From the NCBI GenBank assembly GCA_041690595.1, contig JAWLHB010000032.1, positions 62,001 to 91,935 of the forward strand: DNA of 29,935 nt. The letters are read 5' to 3'. The stretch's first letter is position 1. Every line of letters begins with the position of its first letter. The stretch is from Lentisphaeria bacterium. Its GTDB lineage: Bacteria > Verrucomicrobiota > Lentisphaeria > JABSQK01 > JAWLHB01. Below, in pieces: positions 1 through 9,356 of the stretch. Both the position numbers and the translations under genes were made by a program. A model generated the notes under the pieces. The model was not told the DNA's origin. It worked only from the letters and a program-made list of their open reading frames with translations, and made no database searches.

Positions 1-1
1 C

Positions 2-682
2 GCCGGCGTGGCGCCTCTGCATCGGCAGGTGGTGCTGGACGCGGTTCGCGCGGCGCAGAAGCAAGTGGATCTGCTGATCCTTTCTCTGCACGAGGGCTAT
101 GAATTCAGTGACGTGCCCCGGCTCGACTTCTACGACTTCTGCCATGAGTTAGTCGACGAAGAAGGCGTTCGGGTGATCTACGGTCATCATCCGCATGTGC
201 CGCATGGCATTGAAGTGCGGGGAGAGAGCCTGATCCTGTACAGTGTCGGCAACTTTGCCTTCGACCTTACCTATCACCGCGCCCATACCTACACCCGCCA
301 CAGCGTGATCGTGAAGCTGGAGCTGGATAGCGAAGGTTGCCATGCCTTGCGCCTTGAACCGGTGGTCCTGACCGCGGAGCACCTGCTGCGTCCCGCGACG
401 GCGACGGAGCGGCAGGATATTCTCGACCATGTGCTGGAATTGTCGCGGCTGATCCAGGATCGCCGGACGGTGGCTGATCGCAACCGCGAGTTTGTCGAGA
501 AGGTGATGTCGGTAGTGCTGGACGCGCCCTGGCAGGCCGCGCTGCGGAACAACCGGCAGGAGTTCGAGCGCTTCTGCCGCAGCCAGATCCATCGCTGGCC
601 GTACGCCAAGGTATTCTGCGACTTCAGTGAACAGGTGGTGGGTTACCAGCGGCTCAGCCAGTCACCGAGAGATCGCGCGTAA
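2..682 (+). CDS. CapA / PGA_cap family metallophosphatase-fold protein, 5' end outside window
   Basis: Frame is open from position 2. Motifs SLHEGYE, GHHPHVPHGIE and YSVGNFAF are typical of the C-terminal half of CapA-family proteins. Confidence 0.85.
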   Translation, partial: AGVAPLHRQVVLDAVRAAQKQVDLLILSLHEGYEFSDVPRLDFYDFCHELVDEEGVRVIYGHHPHVPHGIEVRGESLILYSVGNFAFDLTYHRAHTYTRHSVIVKLELDSEGCHALRLEPVVLTAEHLLRPATATERQDILDHVLELSRLIQDRRTVADRNREFVEKVMSVVLDAPWQAALRNNRQEFERFCRSQIHRWPYAKVFCDFSEQVVGYQRLSQSPRDRA

Positions 683-2390
683 GTCCGGCCCGCCAGGTGG
701 CGGAGGTGCCTGTCGGCGTGCTGCCTCGGTCGATCCGGGCAAGTGCCGCTCGCACCTCGGCATGTTCCGCCATGCGGTCGGCGCGGATGAAAAGGGGGAT
801 TCCCGGACATGGGGCCGGCCAATCGCGCAGGTGGCCGCTCTGTTGGCTACCGTGCCAGGCGTCGCACCACTGCCCCGGCGGCAGCGGAACGTCACGACTG
901 GTGGCCCCGGCATCCAGAATGGGTGCGACAAAAATGTCACTGCCCAGCATGAAGGCATCGGAGACCTCATGAAGCGCCGCTTCGGTGGGCCAGTCGTACC
1001 AGAGCGGGCGCATCAATGGCACCCGCCGTTCCAGCGACTGAGCAGCAAGATAGGGAGCCAGAGCGTGGTGAACGTGGGCAAAGCCCAGGACAGCCGCGGC
1101 CGTGGCCGGCGCATAATTCCAAGGGAAATAGGAGAGCTGGAAGAGAGGGAAGAAGGCGGAAAGCTCTGTCCACCGGATCATCAGTTCGTCAGTGGGCAGC
1201 GGGAAGTTCTCGTCGAGGGTCTGGACGCGTCCGGGCACCATGTCGGGAATCAGCAGGTCGTAGCCGAGGAGGCCCAGGTGCAGCCCCAGAGTGGCCACCG
1301 CCTTCAGACCATTGTCCAGCTCCCAGTGGGAATCCTTGCCGCCTTCGCGCCAAAGAATGGAGCGGGACTGGGAGAGCCAGGCGGTACGCGTTTCGCAGCG
1401 ATTGGGGACGAGCTCCTCGAAGATCGCCAGCAACTGATCGGAGTAGCCACTGGCGCCGGGAGGCTCGTGCCAGGCGCAGTCCGCCGCGGGGGGATGGTAC
1501 TTGTGGTCGCCGCCGTCGATCTTGAAGCCATCGGCACCAAGCTCCAGCAGCCCCACCAGCTTGTCACGATACCACTGCCGCCCCTGAGGCGCGGTGACAT
1601 CGACCAGGCCGGCCGTGCCGCCCCACCAGGTGAGCCGTGCCGCTCCAGTGCCCGATCTGTCCGGCACGAGAACGCCGGCGCGCGCCAGCTCCTGAAAATG
1701 GCATGACTCGACGTTGACAAAGGGAGTCACCCAGAGCCAGACCTCGAAGTCCAGCGCGTGAAGCGTATCGAACATGGCTCGTGGATCGGGGAAGTCCTGT
1801 TCGGCAAAGCATAGTTCGCCAAAGCAGCGCTCCCAGCGGTCGTCGATGATGATCGTGCGGGAGGGATAGCCGCGGTCGCGAATCTGGCGTCCCATCTCTT
1901 CGATGCGCTGCTGGGTGATGCATCGCGGGTACTGCGTCCAAGTGCAGAAGAGGGTGTCGCCAAAGCGTTCGGCCGGTGGAGCGGCATTCGGCCAGCGCAC
2001 GTGGCGCAGCCACGCGGCGTGAGCGACGGGGAGGTTCTCGCCCCTGAAGATGCGCACGATGATGGGCTCTCCCGGGCAACAGATTCGCAGGAATCCGTCG
2101 CCACCGGCGTTGATCCGTACCGTCAGCGGCGCCTGGGTATCGGCAAAGAGGAGGCAGCCGGTCGAACACATCCAGACCGGAGACTGAATGTTGTTGACGG
2201 CGAAGGCATCGGTGGCAATCCGGCCGCGTTCGAGCGGGTACGGCTGCGAGTGGCTGAAGCCATGTCCATACCAGTGACCACCGGCGGCTAACGGTACGCT
2301 CAAGCAAACACCCGCGGGTAGGCGTATTTCCCCGCACGTATTCAGATCGACACGGCTATCGCCAACAGTGGCGAACAGAGGGCTCTTCAC
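654..2390 (-). CDS. Glycoside hydrolase family 31 (alpha-glycosidase)
   Basis: 578-aa ORF with IIIDDRW, WLWVTPF, DGFKIDGG (nucleophile Asp region), PLMRPLW and FMLGSDIFVAPI. Its GTG start overlaps the upstream stop (GTGA). Confidence 0.9.
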   Translation of the reverse strand: MKSPLFATVGDSRVDLNTCGEIRLPAGVCLSVPLAAGGHWYGHGFSHSQPYPLERGRIATDAFAVNNIQSPVWMCSTGCLLFADTQAPLTVRINAGGDGFLRICCPGEPIIVRIFRGENLPVAHAAWLRHVRWPNAAPPAERFGDTLFCTWTQYPRCITQQRIEEMGRQIRDRGYPSRTIIIDDRWERCFGELCFAEQDFPDPRAMFDTLHALDFEVWLWVTPFVNVESCHFQELARAGVLVPDRSGTGAARLTWWGGTAGLVDVTAPQGRQWYRDKLVGLLELGADGFKIDGGDHKYHPPAADCAWHEPPGASGYSDQLLAIFEELVPNRCETRTAWLSQSRSILWREGGKDSHWELDNGLKAVATLGLHLGLLGYDLLIPDMVPGRVQTLDENFPLPTDELMIRWTELSAFFPLFQLSYFPWNYAPATAAAVLGFAHVHHALAPYLAAQSLERRVPLMRPLWYDWPTEAALHEVSDAFMLGSDIFVAPILDAGATSRDVPLPPGQWCDAWHGSQQSGHLRDWPAPCPGIPLFIRADRMAEHAEVRAALARIDRGSTPTGTSATWRAGLTRDLSVTG

Positions 2391-3367
2391 AGGTTGAACT
2401 CCGGTTGGGTGTCGATGAAGGTGTAACGATGCTGCCAGCTCATGCTCGTCGCAGGCTCGAGGATCAACTCGACGAATGGCTCAGGACAAACGGCGCCCTC
2501 CACCGCGAAGAGGTGGTAGCGGGTCACTGGCCTGTCGCCCGCGATCCGAAGTTCCAAGCCCGTACTCGCCTGGCGTATGGTGACGGCGTTGTCGCCAATG
2601 GCATCGGAATAGCCGGTCATCATGCTGAACATGGCCTCGCGCGCCATGAAGTGTCGGCGAAAGAGCAGTCGGTTGCCATGTACCTCGGCCAGATCGTCAC
2701 AGGTGCGCTGCAACCGTGGGACAAAAGGAAAGGTCAACTCCATTTCGGGGCCGATCGGGTGACCATCGATGCGGACGAAATTGTGGGCGTAGTGCGACTG
2801 GTGGATCTGGACGTCGCCCAGATTTTCGAGCGTGTGATGGGTGATGAAGGCGGTCTCCTCGGCGGCCAGCTCCAGCCGATAGGTGTACCGGTAGGCATGG
2901 GGGCCATGCACCAGTTCCTGCCGCATCGTCACCCGCTGTGCCTCGTGAACCACCTCCCAGCGCGGCGCCTCCACCAGCTCGTACTGACCCGCAAAATTGT
3001 AGGGCCGTTCATCCGGACGGCGGAGCACCCCCACCCCGATCTTGACGAAGGTATCACCCGCGGCGGCAGCGTCGAATCCAAGGGGAGCCGGCATGCCATT
3101 AGTGCCCATGCCGAACTCGCCCGCCGTCCCCGACACTTCATCGTGCCAATCCGCGGGATGGCAGGTCGCGCGCCATGGTCCGAACCAGCGATGGCCCAGG
3201 CACCAGGCCTCGCGAATCACACCGGCCCAGCTGAAACGGGTTCCCCGGTAGGCGCCAGGCGCGCCCGGCAGGGCGATTGAAAGCTCCAGTGCGTGATTGC
3301 CAAGCGCAATGGTCTCAACTGGCGAAGAAAGGAGGTCGGCTGCGGCCATGGGAAAGCTCGGATCCAT
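2387..3367 (-). CDS. Galactose mutarotase-like (aldose 1-epimerase fold) hypothetical protein
   Basis: Motifs YRGTRFSWAG, KIGVGVL, HTLENLG, YAHNF and AVCPEPFV fit a mutarotase-like beta-sandwich family. Start set at ATG 3367 (alternative 3349) because the longer ORF would cross the glnA terminator. Confidence 0.6.
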   Translation of the reverse strand: MDPSFPMAAADLLSSPVETIALGNHALELSIALPGAPGAYRGTRFSWAGVIREAWCLGHRWFGPWRATCHPADWHDEVSGTAGEFGMGTNGMPAPLGFDAAAAGDTFVKIGVGVLRRPDERPYNFAGQYELVEAPRWEVVHEAQRVTMRQELVHGPHAYRYTYRLELAAEETAFITHHTLENLGDVQIHQSHYAHNFVRIDGHPIGPEMELTFPFVPRLQRTCDDLAEVHGNRLLFRRHFMAREAMFSMMTGYSDAIGDNAVTIRQASTGLELRIAGDRPVTRYHLFAVEGAVCPEPFVELILEPATSMSWQHRYTFIDTQPEFNL

Positions 3368-3434
3368 ATAGGTGTGGTAGCACGAAAATATACAAATGTC
3401 GACTCTGGATGGCTCCTCGTCAATAGTGCAGGAC

Positions 3435-3464
3435 AAAAAGGCCGCCCTTGGATGAGGGGCGGCC
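3435..3464 (-). terminator. Rho-independent terminator of glnA
   Basis: Minus strand reads GGCCGCCCCTC-ATCC-AAGGGCGGCC followed by TTTTT, about 25 bp after the glnA stop. Confidence 0.85.
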
Positions 3465-3488
3465 TGATCGTCGCTTAACCGAATAGTC

Positions 3489-5585
3489 TTACTTGAGGAA
3501 GAGCAGCTCGGCGTAGGTCGGTAGCGGCCAGAGGTCTGCATCGACGATGGTTTCGAGCGCATCGGCAGCTTCCCGACAGAGCTTCATCACGGGAACGATC
3601 TGATCGCGACAGGCGAAGCCCTTCTCCTTCACATCCGACAGGGCACCCATGGCGGCGATGGCCTGCTTCAACTCCGCCAGCCCAGCCCGCAGATCACTCA
3701 GCAGCTTGCTGACTTCGGCGAGAATGGAGGCATACGGCTCGACGTCGATGCCGGCCCCCTTCAGGTTGGCGATAGTGGTCGACAGGCGCTGCGCGTAGGT
3801 GACCACTGCCGGAACGATCTGGCTCGCGCCGATGCTCAGCGCGCATTTCGCTTCGATGTTGATCTGGTTGACGTACTGCTCGAGGAGCGTCTCGAACCGG
3901 GCTTCCAGTTCACAACCGGTCAAGACGCCCTGACGCTCGAAGACTTCGATGATGGTTTCGTCTGGCCCATCGGCCAGCGCTTCCACCGCGTTCTTCAGGT
4001 TATGCAGTCCGCGACGGGCAGCCTCGTCCACCCACTCCTGAGAGTAGTTGTTGCCGTCGAAGATGACGCGTCCATGGTCCTTGACGATCTTCTGCAGGAT
4101 CTCCTGGGTCTTCTGCTCGACATTAATGGCGCCCTCGAGTTCGTCGGCGATCTTTTCGAGCGTATCGGCAACGATCGTGTTCAGGACGAAACCGGGTGCC
4201 GCCACGGTGCCGGAGGAGCCGCACATGCGGAACTCGAACTTATTGCCGGTAAAGGCAAAGGGCGAGGTGCGGTTGCGGTCGGTGCAGTCCTTCTGCAGGG
4301 TCGGGAGGGTCGTCACGCCCAGCTTGATTCCACCGCCGCCTTTCGACGATTTCGCGGGCCCATCGCCCAACTGAGCAATGATGTCGGACAACTGCTCTCC
4401 GAGGAAGATCGAGATGATGGCGGGCGGCGCTTCGTTGGCGCCGAGGCGATGATCGTTGCCCGGGCTGGAGACGCTGGCGCGCAGGAGGTGCGAATAGTCA
4501 TCGACGGCCTTGATGACGGCGCAGAGGAAGACCAGGAACTGCGCATTCTGATGGGGCGTGACGCCCGGATCCAGGAGGTTGACCCCATCGTCCGTGCTGA
4601 TACTCCAGTTGACGTGTTTGCCTGAACCATTGACGCCGGCGAAAGGCTTCTCGTGCAGCAGGCAGGCCATGCCCATGCTCTCGGCCACCTTCTTCATCTC
4701 CTCCATGACCAACTGATTGTGATCGGCGGCGATGTTGACGGTGCTGAAGACGGGGGCCAGCTCGTACTGCGCCGGAGCGACTTCATTGTGCTGCGTCTTG
4801 GCCGTGACCGCCAGCTTCCACAACTCGCGATTGAGGGTCTCCATGTAGGTGGCGACGCGAGCGCTCAACGTCCCGAAGTAGTGGTCGTCAAGCTCCTGTC
4901 CCTTGGGCGAAGGTGCACCGTAAACCGTGCGGCCGGCGAGGAGGAGATCCTTGCGCTTCTTGTAGAGTTCACGGTCGATCAGGAAGTACTCCTGCTCCGG
5001 CCCCATGGTGGCAATGACCCGCTTGCTGGTCTGGTTGCCGAAGGCGCGCAGCACCCGCACGGCCTGCTTGTTCAACGCCTGCATGGAGCGCAGCAGCGGC
5101 GTCTTCCGATCGAGCACCTGTCCCGTATAGGAGATGAAGACGGTCGGGATGAAGAGGGTCGTGTTGGATCCGTCCTTCTTGATGAAGACGGGGCTGGTGC
5201 AGTCCCATGCCGTATAGCCGCGGGCCTCAAAGGTCTGGCGCAAGCCACCCGAGGGGAAGGAGGATGCGTCCGGCTCGCCCTGGGACAATTCCTTGCCGCT
5301 GAACTCGAGGATGGCGCGGCCATCGCCCGTGGTGGAGAGGAACGAATCGTGCTTCTCCGCGGTCGCGCCCGTCATCGGCTGAAACCAGTGGCAATAGTGC
5401 GTGGCTCCCTTTTCGATGGCCCAGTCCTTGATCGCATTCGCAACCACGTCCGCGATCGCCGGGTCCAGATCCGACCCGGTCTCCAGCGTACACATCATCT
5501 TCTTCAAGATCGCCTTCGGCAGGCGCTCCCGCATGACCGATGTGCTGAAGACATTTTCCCCGAAACAGTCGATTGCATTACTCAT
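3489..5585 (-). CDS. glnA: Glutamine synthetase type III
   Basis: GSIII motifs [75 protein letters not shown] and WPLPTY. ATG 5585 is preceded by GAGGAG. Confidence 0.97.
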   Translation of the reverse strand: MSNAIDCFGENVFSTSVMRERLPKAILKKMMCTLETGSDLDPAIADVVANAIKDWAIEKGATHYCHWFQPMTGATAEKHDSFLSTTGDGRAILEFSGKELSQGEPDASSFPSGGLRQTFEARGYTAWDCTSPVFIKKDGSNTTLFIPTVFISYTGQVLDRKTPLLRSMQALNKQAVRVLRAFGNQTSKRVIATMGPEQEYFLIDRELYKKRKDLLLAGRTVYGAPSPKGQELDDHYFGTLSARVATYMETLNRELWKLAVTAKTQHNEVAPAQYELAPVFSTVNIAADHNQLVMEEMKKVAESMGMACLLHEKPFAGVNGSGKHVNWSISTDDGVNLLDPGVTPHQNAQFLVFLCAVIKAVDDYSHLLRASVSSPGNDHRLGANEAPPAIISIFLGEQLSDIIAQLGDGPAKSSKGGGGIKLGVTTLPTLQKDCTDRNRTSPFAFTGNKFEFRMCGSSGTVAAPGFVLNTIVADTLEKIADELEGAINVEQKTQEILQKIVKDHGRVIFDGNNYSQEWVDEAARRGLHNLKNAVEALADGPDETIIEVFERQGVLTGCELEARFETLLEQYVNQINIEAKCALSIGASQIVPAVVTYAQRLSTTIANLKGAGIDVEPYASILAEVSKLLSDLRAGLAELKQAIAAMGALSDVKEKGFACRDQIVPVMKLCREAADALETIVDADLWPLPTYAELLFLK

Positions 5586-5716
5586 GATGCTCGCCCTCTC
5601 CTCGCTTGTGGAGCCTCTGCGCCCCGTGTTTTTGTACAAAATTGTCGGTGAGTCGTGCCAAAGATGACATTTTTGTCCGGCGTCTCACCCTAAGCCCAAC
5701 GACAGGTGACATCATT

Positions 5717-5732
5717 AGCAACTTGCATGCCA
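5717..5732 (-). promoter_or_regulatory. Sigma54 (-24/-12) promoter for glnA
   Basis: Minus strand TGGCATG-CAAG-TTGCT matches the TGGCAYG-N4-TTGCW consensus, about 130 bp upstream of the glnA start. Confidence 0.75.
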
Positions 5733-5736
5733 CTTC

Positions 5737-7056
5737 TCATGAAATGAGCTGCTTGACCAGCTCCAGCGCCTGGGCGACGATGATCGATCCGGCTTCCGGC
5801 GTGAAGAAACTCAGGCTGGCTTCGTAGCCCCCTTCGGCGGCGGCCTCGGGTGTCACGATGTAGCCCTGCAGCGAGCCGTTGACCAGAGTAGCCACGTGGA
5901 GGGGCACCGGGGACAGCCGCTTCAGTTCGAGCCCGAACTCTACGAAGCACTCGCCGCAGATGCCCACCAGGCATACGTCGCCAAGGCGCAGCACCTGCAG
6001 GGGTATGGGATTGTGAGCTGCCAGGACTTCCTGAAGTCGCCCCTCGGCCGCGGCTCTGGCCTGCTGCACCATGGCCTCCGCACCGAAAGTCGAGCATTCG
6101 GCCGTGCGCACCGCGGCATGTCCGGAGCCGTCGCGGCGGAGAGCTTCGAGCGTTGCATAGGCCGCCTTCAAATGGGCCTCGGCCTCGGGCAGGGATGGCA
6201 CGTTGCGCTCCGGCAGCTTCACCATCCGCTCTGCACTTCCCACGACAAACTCCGCCTGAAAGCGATCGTCCGGCAGGGCGTCGAGGGCGGCGGCAATTCG
6301 TTCGCCCAGCATTCTGCCCAGACGCTCCGCCTCCGCGAATGTCTGCCCCGTCACGTAGCGGCGCGGGCTCTGATTGCCGCTCGTGCCCTGCATGTAGGCG
6401 ACGGTCAACGTGTCCCCCCAGCGCTCGCGCAGCACCTCCCGTGCATAGTGCGGGAAGTCGGAGGATACGAGCGTCGAGTCCTCGTGGAGGACGGTCGGGT
6501 GCATCGCGTAAACGGAAAGCAGGCCAAAAAGCGCCCCACCCCGCGGTTCGCGGATGGCCAGAAGCCCCACTTCCGGGTCGGCCGGGCCATCGTCAGCCAG
6601 GCGATTGCCGCCGACACCCTTGGCATCCGCCGTCAGCCAGGCGGCCTCGGCAGGTTGGGCCGCCTTCTTGGCGCCCAGCGCTGCCGCCAGGGTTTCCTGC
6701 TGAACAAACGTGAGGTAGGCTTCGTCCGCGCCGGGCAGATCGGGTTTGCGCCAGCCACAGAAGTCGCTGGAGACGGGGCCGGAATGCGTGTGCGTGGCGG
6801 AGAGGAAGACGTCGCGGCGCTCCATCTGGAGGTGTTCGGCGATTTCCTGGCGCCATGCGGCGGCCCTTGGCGGGGAGAGAAGGAGGATGTCCAGCGCCAG
6901 AACCACGACCTGCCGATTGCCATCCGTCAGGTATGCGGCTGTCGCCAGCAGTGGGTCATGGACGCCCGTGGAGATGCGCCGTACATGGGGGTATCCAGCG
7001 AGTTGCAGCGGCTCTCGCGGGCTGATGTCGCGTCGGTCAAATCCTGCTTTCAGCAT
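5737..7056 (-). CDS. Neutral/alkaline ceramidase-like N-terminal domain amidohydrolase
   Basis: Motifs KAGFDRRDISP, GVHDPL, SATHTHSGP, YAMHPT, SSDFP, GTSGNQ, GECFVEFG and GYIVT...GGYE. ATG 7056 is preceded by AAGGAG. Confidence 0.85.
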   Translation of the reverse strand: MLKAGFDRRDISPREPLQLAGYPHVRRISTGVHDPLLATAAYLTDGNRQVVVLALDILLLSPPRAAAWRQEIAEHLQMERRDVFLSATHTHSGPVSSDFCGWRKPDLPGADEAYLTFVQQETLAAALGAKKAAQPAEAAWLTADAKGVGGNRLADDGPADPEVGLLAIREPRGGALFGLLSVYAMHPTVLHEDSTLVSSDFPHYAREVLRERWGDTLTVAYMQGTSGNQSPRRYVTGQTFAEAERLGRMLGERIAAALDALPDDRFQAEFVVGSAERMVKLPERNVPSLPEAEAHLKAAYATLEALRRDGSGHAAVRTAECSTFGAEAMVQQARAAAEGRLQEVLAAHNPIPLQVLRLGDVCLVGICGECFVEFGLELKRLSPVPLHVATLVNGSLQGYIVTPEAAAEGGYEASLSFFTPEAGSIIVAQALELVKQLIS

Positions 7057-7234
7057 TATCGTCTTGCTCCTTTTAATTGAGATGATAGTCTCTGCATAGT
7101 ACACGGAAAGGTGCCGGCTGGCAATGAGTTTCGCCCGAAATCGGCCATAGTCGGAAGCGGAGCTTGCCGCCCCCGCCTTCATGGTTTATTCTGATACTTC
7201 GCGGACCATCTACCATTCAAGCAGGATTTCTTCC

Positions 7235-8173
7235 ATGGCCAGTCAAGAGTTTTCGTTCGAACCCGCCCCCTGGATTCCCTTTCGCGATCTCAAGGAGATC
7301 GATCGCGTCCGTAACATCAAGCGAGAGGATATCACCAAGCACTGGAATCCCGACTACCACATCCGCGTCGTTCCCAATGCGCAGGTTTCCTGGCTCTTTG
7401 TGGCGGATTTCGTGGCTCGATGCCATGCATCGGACCGTGACGACACCAAGCTTGTCATGATTCTTCCCAATCCCAACCACAATTATCGCAACTGCGCGCT
7501 CATGATCAACCAGTTGCGGATCAACCTGCGCAACGTGGTCATCTTTGCCATGGACGAATGGGCGGATCAGGATGGCAACATCGCTCCCGAGAGCTGGCGG
7601 GCCGGCTTCGGGCACGCGCTTCTCTCCTACCTCTATGCCAACATCGACCCGGAACTGCGCATGCCTCGCAGCCAGGTGAATCTCTTCACCAACGAGAACA
7701 TCGACCACTACAGCGATCTGATCCAGGAGCACGGCGAAGCGGACATCTGCTATGCCGGCCCGGGCTGGGCGGGTCACGTGGCCTTTGTCGATCCCGACGT
7801 CGAAGAGTGGAGCACGGATCTCGATACATGGAAGAAGCAAGGCGCCCGCGTCTGCGGTCTGCATCCGCTCACCATTGCTCAGAACAGCCTGCATGGCTGC
7901 TTCGGGATGAGTGGCGATCTCTGCGCGGTTCCACCCAAGGCGGCGACGATTGGGCCGCGTGAGGTGATTGCCGCAAAGAATCGGTACGAGACCCATGCGC
8001 TGAGCACGTGCGGCACCTTCTCGAGCTGGCAGCGTCTCACCAGCCGTCTCTGTGTGCACGGCCCTGTTTGCCCCCAGATTCCCGCCAGTGTCAGCCAGGA
8101 GTTGCCCACCCAGGTGACCTTCTCGGAGACCGCCGCGGCCAACATCGAGCCCCATTGGGATCTCGGCTACTAA
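7235..8173 (+). CDS. Glucosamine-6-phosphate deaminase/isomerase (NagB)-like protein, divergent
   Basis: Motifs FAMDEW, GPGWAGHVAFVDP, VPPKAATIG and HGPVCPQIPAS. Start set at ATG 7235 after AGGA. Confidence 0.7.
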   Translation: MASQEFSFEPAPWIPFRDLKEIDRVRNIKREDITKHWNPDYHIRVVPNAQVSWLFVADFVARCHASDRDDTKLVMILPNPNHNYRNCALMINQLRINLRNVVIFAMDEWADQDGNIAPESWRAGFGHALLSYLYANIDPELRMPRSQVNLFTNENIDHYSDLIQEHGEADICYAGPGWAGHVAFVDPDVEEWSTDLDTWKKQGARVCGLHPLTIAQNSLHGCFGMSGDLCAVPPKAATIGPREVIAAKNRYETHALSTCGTFSSWQRLTSRLCVHGPVCPQIPASVSQELPTQVTFSETAAANIEPHWDLGY

Positions 8174-8186
8174 GAGGAGCGATCGC

Positions 8187-9323
8187 ATGCCCATAGAAGA
8201 TTTCGACATCCGGCTGCAGACCGTCACCAGCGGCTTCGATGGCCGCACGTTCTGGGCACAGGCTCGCGCGGGCGCCGTGGCGGGCACCGGCGGCTCGGCA
8301 CCGCTGGTTGTGCTGACCGCGCAACCGGCGTTGCGTTCGGGCAGCGATGTCTTCTTCGAACTCCACGAGTGGCACAGCCGCGACTACGGCCACTCGTGGG
8401 TGGGCCCCATCGATCACAAGGCCACGCTCGGGCGCCGGCAGGAAGATGACGAGACCATCATCGGTATCTGTGACATGACGCCCGCGTGGCATGCAACCTC
8501 CGGAAAGCTTCTCGCCACGGGTCATACCGTCCGCTATCGGGATGATCGGCATCCCTTCAACAACCGTCGACGCGAACCCGCCTACTCCGTCTACAACGCC
8601 ATCAACCACAGCTGGGCGCCATGGCGTACGGTCGAACTGCCCGACTGGCCCTCGTTTCACAATGCCGGCGCGGGCTCCGGGCAGCGCTTCGACCTGGAGG
8701 ACGGAACCGTCCTGCTTCCGGTCTACTTCCGTGAGCCGTCCGAAGATTGGCATGCCGTCTACAGCACCACCGTACTGCGTTGTGCTTTCGACGGCGAGAG
8801 TCTCCGCTACCTCGGCCACGGCAACGAGCTTCGCGTGGATCAGCCGCGTGGTCTCTGCGAACCCTCGATCACCCGTTTCGGCGGCCGGTTTTACATGACC
8901 CTTCGGAATGATGTTCGGGGCTACGTCGCCCGGAGCGACGATGGCCTGGTCTATGGGGAGCCGCTTCCGTGGCGCTGGGATGACGGTTCGGAAATCGGCA
9001 ACTATAACACGCAGCAGCACTGGGTGAGCGGTGGGAAGAAGCTCTATCTGGTCTACACGCGGCGCGGTCTCAACAACGACCACGTCTTCCGCCATCGCGC
9101 CCCGCTGATGATCGCCGAAGTCGACCCCGACCGCCTGGTGCTTCGCCGCGCGACCGAACGGGAAGTGGTGCCGAATCGCGGGGCGCGACTGGGCAACTTC
9201 GCCATTTGCCAACTCTCCCCCACCGAGAGCTGGGTAGTCGTCTCGGAATGGATGCAGCCCGTCGGATGCGAAACGTACGGCAGCGACAATACCATCTGGA
9301 CCGCCCGCCTGCTCTGGCATTAG
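8187..9323 (+). CDS. BNR/Asp-box sialidase-like beta-propeller protein
   Basis: Asp-box-like SRDYGHSW and SDDGLVY, plus LCEPSI, NYNTQQHW and VFRHRAPL. RBS GAGGAG. No obvious signal peptide. Confidence 0.8.
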   Translation: MPIEDFDIRLQTVTSGFDGRTFWAQARAGAVAGTGGSAPLVVLTAQPALRSGSDVFFELHEWHSRDYGHSWVGPIDHKATLGRRQEDDETIIGICDMTPAWHATSGKLLATGHTVRYRDDRHPFNNRRREPAYSVYNAINHSWAPWRTVELPDWPSFHNAGAGSGQRFDLEDGTVLLPVYFREPSEDWHAVYSTTVLRCAFDGESLRYLGHGNELRVDQPRGLCEPSITRFGGRFYMTLRNDVRGYVARSDDGLVYGEPLPWRWDDGSEIGNYNTQQHWVSGGKKLYLVYTRRGLNNDHVFRHRAPLMIAEVDPDRLVLRRATEREVVPNRGARLGNFAICQLSPTESWVVVSEWMQPVGCETYGSDNTIWTARLLWH

Positions 9324-9356
9324 CCTTCTTCACCATCATAGCCACAGGAAAAGCTC

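Noticed and set aside
654..682. Convergent 3' overlaps (CapA-like/GH31 29 bp; esterase/queA 8 bp at 20692-20699) as antisense regulation
   Set aside because: Short convergent overlaps are common in GC-rich genomes and nothing else supports a function.
5652..5661. Second sigma54 promoter (TTGGCACG) in the glnA leader
   Set aside because: The -24 half is present but there is no GC at the -12 position.
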